Shown here: positions 35,380 through 47,300 of the stretch, piece by piece
Position numbering within the stretch: position 1 is the first letter of the stretch
Layout of the letters: every line of letters begins with the position of its first letter
NCBI GenBank assembly: GCA_013239625.1
Contig: MU053334.1
Location: 507,190 to 571,189, forward strand
Length of the DNA stretch: 64,000 nt
DNA from: Lama guanicoe
Lineage: Eukaryota
Direction of reading: 5' to 3'
Program-made: the position numbers and the translations under genes
Notes under the pieces: generated by a model
Databases searched by the model: none
Told to the model about the DNA's origin: nothing
What the model saw: the letters and a program-made list of their open reading frames with translations, nothing else

Positions 35380-38300
35380 ATGGGCGCCCCGAGTGGGTGC
35401 CGAGCGCCAGTGTGGGCCCTCGCGGCCCTGCTCTTGGTGCAGAAGGCAGGTAAGGTGGAAGCCCCTCACTCCACCTCTGCAGTGGGGGTGGCCTCCACAG
35501 ACCACCCGCCTGAGTTTCTCCTGCCCGTGATGGACGTGGGCCCCCCTTGGGGCCCTGCATCGCATCCCGGACACCCAGCCCCTGGGTGCTCAGCCTGTGC
35601 TGGGAGAAGTTGGGTCCCCTGGGGCAACCGAGGGTCTTGGCCTCGGTTGGGACGGAGCAGGCACTGGGTGAGGAGCCTAGGCTGGGGGTCTCTCTGGTCC
35701 CCGAGAGGCAGCCACAGCAGGGTGGGCAGGGACAGCACAGTCGCCCGGCCAGCCGGGGGCTGCACCTTCTGCTCTAGGCCCTCTGAGGCCGGCCTGGGGG
35801 AACAGCCATCAGGGCGGCTCTGAAACGCCTCCGGAGTAAGGCTGGAATGGGGCAGACAGCGAAGGGCCCCACCCAGGAGCAGGGACCATCTGAACACACT
35901 CTGTTCCTGGGGCCACACCTGCCCCGCGGCCTTTCTCGCCCGCCGTCCCGCTGGCCAGCGGCACCCCGCGGCCCGGGGAAGCACCTTGAGCCCTGACGCT
36001 TACTGTCAACACGCAAGGTGCTGTCCCTGGGCTGCCGCCCACACCCGGGGAGCTGGCCTGCAGCCCGGGCCTTCAGAGGCCACCCACAGTCCGCTCCTGC
36101 AGGCCCTCCAGGCGCCTCACCTGAGCTGAGTTCTGGGCAGGTGGGGCCAGCCTGAGGCTCCCTTTACCTGTGAAAGTGAGGGGATGAAGCGGGAGGGTTG
36201 TCTCCCAAAACCCCTGCCCCAGGCCCCCTTTCTCAGGGGAGTGAGCAGGGCTCGTGGGGGCTTTCCCCTAGCAGCTCCTGGCTGGGGGTCCCTGCACTGA
36301 GGCAGTTCCTGTGGAAACAGGGCCCTTCGGGAGAAGAGACCCTGCCCGCCTGAAACCCCGTGGTTTCTCGACCGTGGGGTGGGGCCGACAGCTGCGGAGC
36401 AGCTGTGCTTCTGGGAACTGCAGGCAAGCAGGGCCCTGGGGAGGGGAGACAAACGCGGCTGGCCCCGTGGTTTCCAAGTGTCGGCGTCCCGGCTGGAAAA
36501 GTCGAAGAGAGCAGAGCCCACTGTGACCGCTACAGAGATGGGCACAGCACCCATCGCCGGCCCCACCAGGGACACGGGCACCTCTGGGGCTTCACCTCCC
36601 GCTCCCCACGAAGCACAGGCTTGGGCTGAGCGTGGAGATACGCCCCCACTGCAGACATGAGGAAAGAATTCTGAGACCATGTGAACGGGGGCACCCCAGG
36701 CTTAGCCTGGTGGAGAGGGGCCTGGAGAGGCGCTCAGGCCTGTCCACTGAGGCAGCGGGACACTGGAGAGGTGCGCCTGGTGGATGAGGCCCTGCCAGGA
36801 GGTGGGGGGCACACAGGTGGCCTCTGGGGACCGTGCCAGCACCAGGGCCTCCAGGCCTCCCGCGTGCCTTGGAGGGTGATTCTAGGCGGAGCTGCTGTGT
36901 CTTGGGTTTCTGCTAAGTCACTCTGGGGATCCTCCCCAACTGTGTGCGTCTTTGTCCCCAACAAAGTGAGCCTTTGTCCTTTTCCGAGGGCCGTGTGGGA
37001 AGGGGTCGAACATTCTCCCTGGGGTGGCCTGGGTCAACGAGACCAACAGTGTTTCCCAATTTCAGTCCCCTGCTCTGAGCCACAGTGAGATGGGGTGTAG
37101 ATGGGGAGGGTGGGGTCAGCTCCCCACGGGACCTGCCATCCCGACAGCAGGGTCCACGTGGCTGCCATCCTGCGGGCCACGGACACCCCTGAGCCACTGA
37201 GGGAGGGGTGGCCAACGTCTGGCTGCTCATGGCCTCCCACTCCCTTTTCCCGCAGAGACCTGGCACAGCCTGGAGCAGAGCGTAGACAGAGCCGAGCCTG
37301 TCGTGTACAGCCCGCGGGTGCACGGGGGTATGGCCCAGGCTGGGGGAGGAAGGGCCCTGGGAGCCGAGCAGGGGTGGGGGGCAGACCCCTTCGCATGTCA
37401 GCTACACAGGGACCACCCCTGGATTCCACGGGAGGGGACAGTGGACGGGGCCAAAGAACACAAAGGCACAGAGCAAAGAGGCTCAAATGCTCACACGCGC
37501 TCACGCACGTGATCACACACGTTCACACCCACACGCTTGTGCTTGTGTTTGCCCATCACTCTCTCTCACATGTGCACACTCACACATTCAGGAACACACT
37601 CATACAGGGCCCCAGTCACACGTATGCACACCACATACACAATCAGGGTAACACGGACCTGGGAAGGGCTGTGTCCAGGGTGGACAGGAAGGGTCCCAGA
37701 GGGGACAGCGTTAGCCCTGGGGCTCCCTGGGCAGGGTCAGGGCTGGCCTGCAGCTCCCTGCGGCACCAGGGTGGCCAGTGAGGAGGACAGGGGTCTGGGG
37801 AAGGGGTGTCCCGGCTGGTCCTTGCCTGGCCACATCCCTGGTGTGACCGGGCCCTCACTCCGCAGCCCAGCGCGTGGCCTTCCTCATACCCATCGCTGTC
37901 TTCCCCACCATGAGCTGTAAGTGGACGCCAGGGCAGGGGTGCTCACAGCCCGGGGGGGTAAAGCTGGCATGGGGGTGGGGCAGCCAGCAGCTGGACGGCT
38001 CTGAGCATGGCTGGGAGCCTTCTCGGTGGGTAGCTCTCCTGGTGGCTGACCCCAGGTGCTGTGGCAGGGGGCAGGGCCGTTGGGGTCTCGGGAAGAATTA
38101 GGAACAGGGGGAGCGAGGAGGGGCGCAGGGGCTCCCCGCCCCCAACCCGGGGGCTTCGTCCCAGGGAAGGCTGCCCTCTCCTGACCCTGCGCTCCCCGCA
38201 GCCCTGAATGCGGCGCACAGTGGGCGGGTGTGCAGCACCTGGGGCGACTCCCACTACAAGACCTTCGACGGCCACCTCTTCCGCTTCCCCGGCCTGTGCA

Positions 38301-41300
38301 ACTACGTCTTCTCCGCGCACTGCGGGGCCGCTTACGAGGACTTCAACATCCAGCTCCGCCGTGGCCTCGTGGGCTCCAGGCCCATCATCACCCACATCGT
38401 CCTCAGGACGCAGGGGCTGGTGCTGGAGATCGCCAACGGCTCTGTCCTCATCGACGGGCGGCGGTGAGCCCAGCTCCGGGGCGCAGAGGGGCCTGGGCTC
38501 CGGGCGGCTCGGGGCGGGGCGGGCGCCAGACCTGAGGGGGGATCGGAACTCTCTGCCCCAGGGAGGAGCTGCCCTACAGCCGCCCCGGCCTCCTGGTGGA
38601 GGGGAGTCACGTGGACGTGAAGATCAGCCTCCGGCTGGGGCTGACCTTCCTGTGGAACAGAGAAGACAGTGCCCTGGTGAGGGTGCCACCCATGCCTTCC
38701 CCTCCCGGCTTGGGGAGCTCCGCAGGGGCGGGGTCGGAGGGGGCTGGGGGCCCTGCCAGGCCAGCAGAGGCTGGAGCTGCCCCTCCCCTGCCCCCAGCTG
38801 GAGCTGGACCCCAAGTATGCCAACAAGACATGTGGCCTGTGCGGGGACTTCAACGGGCTCCCAACCATCAGCGAGTTCCACACCCACAGTGAGTGCGCTG
38901 CACACAGCAGCCCGCCTCGGGCCAGACCGGCCCAGGAGGCCGGGGGGTGCAGGCTGAGGGCCTCGTGCTGGGCAGTGGACAGGGGGCAAGTCGGGGGTGG
39001 CAATACTCAATCCGGCGATGCCCCGGGGCACGGGCAGGGAGCCCCTCGGTGCCCCCTGCATGGACTGCCTCCTCTCTGCAGACACTAGGCTGACCCCGCT
39101 ACAGTTTGGGAACCTGCAGAAGCTGGATGGGCCCACAGAGCAGTGCCAGGACCCCCTGCCCTCCCCGGCTGACAACTGCACTGATGAAGTGAGTGCCTCT
39201 CCAGGGGCCCTGCCTGCCTGACGCCCCTGCAAGCACAGACCATGCCCCACATAGTCCCACCGAGAGTGGGGCACTCAGCAAGCCTGGGGCAGAAGCCTTC
39301 CCGATGAGCGGGGAGGATCCCACCTTAAGAAGTGGACTTGAACTCCAGGATCCCCGAAACCACCAGAACCCACAAGCTTAAATAAGGACGCGGAGCCGGT
39401 CGGGGCGGGGGCTGAAGGCCACTGGCTGAGCACGGAGGACACCTCTGCCTCCCCCTCCTCCGAGCTGCCTCCAAGGGCGAGGTCTGCTCCTTTTCTGGGT
39501 GCTCACACAATGGGCAGGTGTGTCCTGGAGCCCTGGCGGGGTGTGGGGAGTCCAGGGCTGTGGTCACTCCTCAGAGCCAAGCAGAGCTCTGAACCCAGCA
39601 GTGGTGAGTTCATGGTGGTTGAGGAGAAGGATGGGTGGACGGCTGGCTGGCTGGCTGGAGGGACGGGTGGATGGATATATGGATGGACAGAGGGATGGAA
39701 GGGTAGATGGTGGATAGATGGACGGATGAGTCGGTGGATGGATGGAAGGACGGAACCTCAAGGAGAGGAGGGGGCTTCCTGGCCTGGGTAAAGCCTGCAG
39801 GGCTGGGGTCCCCACAACATCCCGCATGGAGGGCAGAGGGTGCCCAGTCTCTGTCTCCCCAGGAGGGCCTCTGCCGCGGGACCCTGCTGGGCCCGGCTTT
39901 CGCTCAGTGCAACAGGCTGCTGGATGTCGAGCTGTACGTGGCCGCCTGCACCCAGGACCTGTGCCGCTGCCCTGCCTGCCCCTGCGCCACCTTTGCCGAG
40001 TACTCCCGCCAGTGCGCCCATGCCGGGGGGCAGCCGCAGAACTGGAGGGGCCCCGACCTCTGCCGTGAGTGTCCCCCTGCACTGGGGGCCAGCCCCGGGC
40101 CCTGCACCCACACTGGGTCTCTGGGGAGAGCGTGAGGGAAGTGACCCTGCGCAGGACACCTGGCTTCTGGCTGGGGGTCCAGGACAGGTGGAGCCACCCT
40201 GGGAGCAAGAGGATGGGCAGTGGGGCAGAGGGGAGTGTGCGAGGCTGCTGCCTTGGAGGGCCCAGAGGGGCACCTGGCCTGGGCACCGCCAGCTTGCTCA
40301 CCCCCAGGACCCAGGTGGGTGCAGGGGGGCTGTCCCTGCAAACACTGGGCCCCGCGCTCTCCTCACCGCCCGCCTCACCCAGAAGACTGCTAGATGGTAC
40401 GAGAGGCGCTCATTTTGGGGACCGTCGGTGACACATGGAATGCAGCAGCAGAGGTGGGCCCGCCACCCACATGGCTTCCTGGGGCTAAGTGCTGCCTCCT
40501 CCCTGCAGCCCAGACGTGCCCCCTGAACATGCAGCACCAGGAGTGCGGCTCGCCCTGCATGGACACCTGCTCCAACCCCGAGCACTCCCAGCATTGCGAG
40601 GACCACTGCGTCGACGGCTGCTTCTGCCCCCCAGGCAGGTTCTCCGGGCTCTCGGGGACTGTCCACAACCTGGGCCTTTGCCCTCATCCCTGGGGCTGCC
40701 TCTGGTCACTGTCTTTCCACCTCCCCACCCCAACCTCAGCTGACTGGCTCGTGTCCCCCCCCACCGCTCCCCAGGCACCGTGCTGGATGATGTCACCCAC
40801 ACAGGCTGCCTGCCCCTGCAGCAGTGCCCCTGCACCCACAGCGGCCACACCTATGCCCCGGGGGACTCCTACACCACCAGCTGCAGCTCCTGGTAGCTCC
40901 CCTGCCGGCCCTGCCTGAGGGGTGGGGATGCCCGGGGTGGGGTTTGCCCCCTCACCACGACCTCTGTCCCGACCTCCCCTACCCAGCACCTGCTCCGGGG
41001 GACTATGGCAGTGCCAGAAACTCCCGTGCCCGGGCACCTGCTCTGTCCAGGGCGGGTCGCACATCTCCACCTACGACGAGAAACTCTATGACATCCATGG
41101 GGACTGCAGCTACGTCCTGACCAAGGTGAGCCCCTCCAGGGACCCTGCGTCCTTGGCCCAGGGAGGGCCCCAGCATGGCCATCAGAGCCGTGAAGCCCCC
41201 TGGGGTCCATTCCGAGAGGGAGGCCCCAGGGCTCACATTCATGGGGGACCGAGGGACTCTCAGGCTCCGAGACGGCTGCCCAGAGGCAACCGCAGGTACC

Positions 41301-44300
41301 AGCGCCAGCTCACCCTGCCTGCCCACACTCGGCCCTCCCTGCCTGGGTTGGGGGCTGGCCGACCCCAGTACATAGGTGGGCTCTGCCTTGTTCAGAAATG
41401 TGCGGACAACACCCTCACGGTGCTGGCTGAGCTGCGGAGATGTGGCCTGACCGACAATGAGAACTGCCTCAAAACGGTGACGCTGAGCATGCACGGAGGG
41501 GACACGGTGAGTGTCCCAGGCTGGGGGGACCGGGGGGGAGACAGGCCCCAGGGGCAGCAGCCATCCCTGGGGTGGGGGAGGCTGGCCCCTGCCCAGTGCT
41601 CCCTCAGTGGGCCGACAGGCTCTTGCCCACGCTGACCACAGCCCCACCTCCTCCCACTAGGCCATCCGGATCCAGGCCAACGGTGCTGTGTTCATGAACT
41701 CCATCTACACCCAGCTGCCTGTGTCAGCGGGTACGTGGCTCCTGCCGCTTGGGGCCAGCCGGGTCCCTCGCTAGTTCCTTGCTAGCTCAGAAGGTTCCAG
41801 AACATCCACTCCCAGGGCTGGTTTCTCACCTGCAAGGTGGGGGTGTCAGGGGCCTCCCCTGGGGCCCTGTGGGGACCCTGTATGGAGCACGCTTGGTGCC
41901 CAGCCTCTCGGGGGCGTCAGTGGTCGTGGCCCCAGGAGCACATGCGAGCTTCCGCATGGCTCCCAGGCCCCGGAGGGGTGGCGGGGGTCCACCGGGCGCC
42001 CTTCAGCAGTGGCCATCCCAGGAGCCCGCTGCTAAGGCCAGGCGGTCAGCGTGGCCGGGCTCTGACTGCGCCCTCCCCCACCCCACCCGCAGCCAACATT
42101 ACCATCTTCAGACCCTCGTCCTTCTTCATCCTGGTGCAGACGGGCCTCGGGCTGCAGGCGCAGGTGCAGCTGGTGCCCCTCATGCAGGTGTTCCTCAGGC
42201 TGGACCCCTCCTACCACGGCCAGATGTGCGGTGAGGCTCAGTGGAGGGTGTGGGAGGAGCAGTGGGGCGGGGCAGGGGGTGGGCAATCGGGCAGGAGAAG
42301 GGGACCCCCGCCCCACACCAGCCGCCACGGAGGGGGCGGTGGGCTGGGAGGATGGAGAGCAGGCTGCCCTCGCTCAGCGGGCTTCGCAGGGCGCTCCCTC
42401 CCCATGCCCCAGGGCTCAGCTGCAGGCACTTCAGCAACTGGTCCTGAGACGGGGCTCGCCCACCTTGCGGTGGTGCCTGTAGGACCTGCGGGGCCGGGGC
42501 ACTCAGGCTGGGCTGGGTGGGCCACTGATGCCCACCCCCCACCTCCCACCCCCAGGCCTGTGTGGGAACTTCAACCAGAACCAGGCGGACGACTTCCGGA
42601 CCATCAGCGGCGTGGTGGAGGGCACAGCCGCCGCCTTCGCCAACACCTGGAAGACCCAGGCCGCCTGCCGCAACGTCAAGAACAGCTTCGAGGACCCCTG
42701 CTCCCTCAGCGTGGACAACGGTACCCTGCCCTGGGGGCCCTTGGGTCTCCATGGGGCCAGGCCTGGGGGTTGCCCTTCTGTGCAGGAGGCTCTGCGCAGC
42801 TGGGGCCGGGGGTGAGCAGGAAGGGCGCAGGGGGCCCGAGGGGCTGTGAGCCCGTCTCGAGGAAGGTGTCCTGCTGCCGGCCAGCCCCAAGCTCCAGTTC
42901 AGTTTCCCGGGCGGAGGGGCCCCCGCAGACCTGTGTGGGCCAAGCAGAGGCTAGGTGGGTGGGCAGGCGCAGAGGGGGACATGTGGGAAGGAAGCCAGTG
43001 ACCCTGAGCTGTGCCTGGTGACAGCCACCCCCCAACCCCCGCAGAGAACTATGCCCGGCACTGGTGCTCCCTGCTGACCAGCCCTGCCGGGGCCTTCTCA
43101 CCCTGCCACGCCATCGTCAACCCTGCGCCCTTCCACTCGGTGAGAGCCCTGGCCCGCCCCCAGAGTGGGGTGGGGTGCTGGGGGCAGCATCTGCCCCTGG
43201 AGCTGCCCCCCAGGCCCCCCTCAGGCTCCTGCTCTCAGGCACCGCCCACACCTCCGTGGCCAGTGGGTCCCACTCTAGGCCTGCTCTGGGGTCTTCGCAT
43301 GGTCCCTGCTGGTGTGTTCCTTGCCTGGGTGACCTGTAACGAAGGACCACAGACTGGGGCTGAAAGCTGGAGCCATCTACCCTGCCCCCTACCCCAGTCC
43401 TGGAGACGAGATTTAAAATCTAGGTCCTGGCAGGATGTCCTAGAGGATCCTTCCTGTCTCTCCAGCTTCTGGGGCCGCGAGGCTGCCTCTCGCCAGCCTC
43501 TGCCGCGTCTTCACGTGGCCTCCGGGTTTGCCTGGGTCCCAATTCTTTCTCACAGGGACACCAGGCCCACCCTAGTGACCCCTCTTGACTTCATCACCCC
43601 TGCAAATGCCCCATTTCCAGCAGGGCCACCGCCACAGGCCCCGGGGTCACGATATGGACACGTCTTTTGGGGTGACAGAACGTCACCCGCTGCAGTTGGC
43701 TAACAGGTCACTTTTCTGGGAGCCAGAGCCCTAAAGCGCACCCGACCCCAGCCCCCAGGGGCTGGGTCCACAGGTGGAGACGCAGGCCCACCTCAGCCCA
43801 TTTTGAGGGTGACACACCCTCCTGTCGGCCCCTCCCCACCCTGGCCACGCCCCACATGCAGCACAGCTCGTGACGGGCCTAGGATTCAAGCTGGACCCCG
43901 TCCTGGTCCTGCAGAGACCCCTCTCCTTGGCCCCATCCTCAGCCCCTCCCGACCCCTCAGAGCAGTGTGTCCCTCCCGTGGCTCCACGTCAAGCTCGGGG
44001 CTGCCCTACGGGAGGCCCCGCCCACCTGCTTGCTGGCCCAGGCCAGGGCACCCAGAAGGATGGACGGGGAGAGAAAGGCCGCTGGGGGGCTGGGCTCCCT
44101 GACGTCCCGACCCCCTGACATCCCCGCAGAACTGCATGTTCGATACGTGCAACTGTGAGAAGAGTGAGGACTGCATGTGCGCTGCTCTGTCCTCCTACGT
44201 GCGGGCCTGCGCCGCCAAGGGCGTGCTGCTGAGCGGCTGGCGGGACGGCGCGTGCAGTAAGTGTGCCCTGAGTGTGCCCAGGCGGGGGCGGGGGTTCTGG

Positions 44301-47300
44301 AGACCCGGGGCAGCACCTCACCTCTGTGTCTGTCCTCAGTGAGAAACTTGTGCCTCCCCTTCTTGTCCAAACAAGAGCCGCGTGCTCTTATGACCCAGGT
44401 TCCAGAGGGGAATCGAGGCCTGGGCCACTCCAGCCCCAGCTTGGACGTGGTAAGGCGAGGCCGATGGGCTGCCCGGCCACTGACCTGCGTGTTGCCCGCC
44501 TGCCCCTAGCCAGGTACGCGAGCAGCTGCCCCAAGTCCCAGAACTACTCCTACGTGGTGGAGAGCTGCCAGCCCACCTGCCGCTCCCTGAGCCAGGTCGA
44601 CGTCACCTGCGACGTGGCCTTCGTGCCTGTGGACGGCTGCACCTGCCCCTCGGGCACCTTCCTGGACGACGCCGGTGCCTGCGTGCCTGCCAAGGACTGT
44701 CCCTGCTACTCCCGCGACTCCGTGGTGGCTCCTGGGGAGGTCCTGCATGACAACGGTGTGGCGTGGTAAGGGCCCCTCCCCATGCCACCTCCTCCCCGAC
44801 ATCATGTCCCCCACCCCGCCGGCTCCACACGGAAACATCTCCGTCTGGGGCCCATGGGTGGGGCACAGTGTATGCCCATGGGGTGAGCCGCACTCACTCT
44901 GGGCCTGGGCTGGGCGCATGCCTGCCCTGGCCCCCCCATCTCCTCCCACTCCCCATCGCTGCCCTCCCCTGTGACAAGGCCCAGGGACTAAGCACGGCGG
45001 AGGCTGGAGTGGGGCCTGGGGGGCAGGGGCAGCTGCCCAGCCCTGTCGTCTCCCTCCCCTCATAGCTTGTGCGCCGACGGCAAGCTGAGCTGCCTGGGGT
45101 ACGAGGAGCAGAGCACAGGTACACCTCCCCATTGGCCTCCCCAAGCGACAGAAGGGCGGGGCTCCCGCGGGTGGCCGGCCCCTCCCACCGAGCCCTCCCT
45201 CCGCAGGGTGTGTGGCCCCCATGGTGTTCCTGGACTGCCGCAACGCCTCTGCCGGCTCGCCCGGGGCCGAGTGTCTCCGCAGCTGTCACTCGCTGGACGT
45301 GGACTGCGTGAGTCGAGGGGAGGGCAATGGGGCTGTGCTGCCCCCAGGCCTAGGCGTCTGCCAGCCCAGGGCGGGCAGCGGCCCCTCCCCTCGGGGTCCC
45401 TGAGCAGCCACGGGAGGGACCGAGCCACTGACGGGCGCCCACCTGTCCACAGTTCAGCTCTCACTGCGTGTCTGGCTGCGTCTGCCCCCCGGGGCTGGTG
45501 TCGGACGGGAGTGGGGGCTGCGTGGCCCAGGAGGACTGCCCCTGCCTGCACAACGAGGTCGTCTACAAGCCTGGGGAGACCATCCGCGTCGACTGCAACA
45601 CCTGGTGGGTGGGGGCTGCAGAAGGGAGGGCGTGGGCAGAGGCTACGGGGCGGCAGCCCCAGCTGGTCTGGGCAGCGCGCCGTGCCTGCGGCTGGGGCTG
45701 GGCAGGAGCTGGGACCTTGATGGCCCCGGGTGGTCGGTTCGTCCTGGGGAAGGTGCTCCCAGAGGGGCTTCAAGACGCCAGGGCCGGTCAAAGCAGCCGC
45801 CAGGACCACAGACCCTGCACCCCGGGCACCAAGGGCTGGGGAAGCCTGGAGTCAGGACCACAACTAGGGAGTGGGGTGCCAGACCCCGAGCGCCGAGCTC
45901 GCAGCCTCATTTACGCCCTTGAGAAGGGGGAGGGGCATCGCCCATGACCCCACTTTATAGAAGAGGGGCTGGGTTCCCGTCCTTGTCACGGGCATGACAG
46001 GGCTCAGCCGTAGCTGCCCGGTGGGTGGGCTCCCTTCCTGGCCCGCTGAGCGGGGCATCGCCTCCCCTCGCCTCGCAGCACGTGCAGAAGCCGCAGGTGG
46101 GAGTGCACCCGCCAGCCCTGCCTGGGTACCTGCGTGGCCTACGGAGACGGCCACTTTATCACCTTCGACGGCGAGCGCTACAGCTTCCAAGGCAGCTGCG
46201 AGTACTTGCTGGCCCAGGTACGGCCCCTCGCCCACCCCGCCGCCGGCACACGCTCTTTGGGGCCGCGACCCACGCCCCCACCTCCTCTCCCGTCCCAGGA
46301 CTACTGTGGGGGCAATGGCACGGCCAACGGGACCTTCCGCATCATCACCGAGAACGTCCCCTGTGGGACCACAGGTGTCACCTGCTCCAAGGCCATCAAG
46401 CTGTTCCTGGAGGTGAGGGGGCCTGGGAGCCTCTCCCTCCCTCTGCAGCTGAGGGCCCCATCCTATTGGAGCCCCAGCACAGGGTCCTCCAGCTGCATCT
46501 GTGTCTTGGGGCCACTGTAACAGAGGACCACAGCTTGGGACTTAAAACTGGAGAAATTCATTCTCTTCCAGCCCTGGGGCCAGAGATCTGAATTCAGTGT
46601 CACTGGACTGAAATCAAAATGTCACAGGGCCAGGTTCCTTCCAGAGGCTCCGGGTGGGGAGGGGTCCTTCCTGCCTTGTCCAGCCTCTGGGGGCTCCAGG
46701 CGGGCGCTCCTGGGCTGTGGCCGCGTCACCCCCGTCTCTGCTCCGTCTTCACACGGCCCCCTCCTCGGTGAACTCTCTTCTCTGACAGGGACACCTGTCA
46801 TGGGATCTGGGCCCTAAATTCAGGGTGCTCCCTCCTCGAGATCCTTCACTTAATCACACGTGCAAAGACCCTTTTTCCAAATCAGGGCACATTTAGGGAT
46901 TCCGGAGTTAGAGCGTGGACATGTCTTTTGGGGAGAACACCGCTCAGCCCACCACACCTGGGGATGCCCACTTCAGCGTTCACAGCAAAGAGAGCAGAGC
47001 TGCTGGCTGGGGGCTGTTGCCCCCTTCCCAAAGGCAACATGGGGGGGCGGGCTGCGGCAGGGCCATGGGGCCGATGTCCCCCTCTGCTTGCCTGTGGCCC
47101 CCGACCTTCCGCACCGCCTCTGCCGGCTCCCAGCCTCTCACCTCAAGTTTGTGGGTGGTGTCAGGAGCCCAGCTCTTTCCTAACACTAGCCCGTGCCTTT
47201 GGCCCCTGAGCACCCTGGGGCCCCCATCCTGGGCATGGGGTGGGGAAGGGGTGCTGGCCACTCAGCTCCCTGCAGCTGCTGCCTCCCCCGTGCCCCTCTG

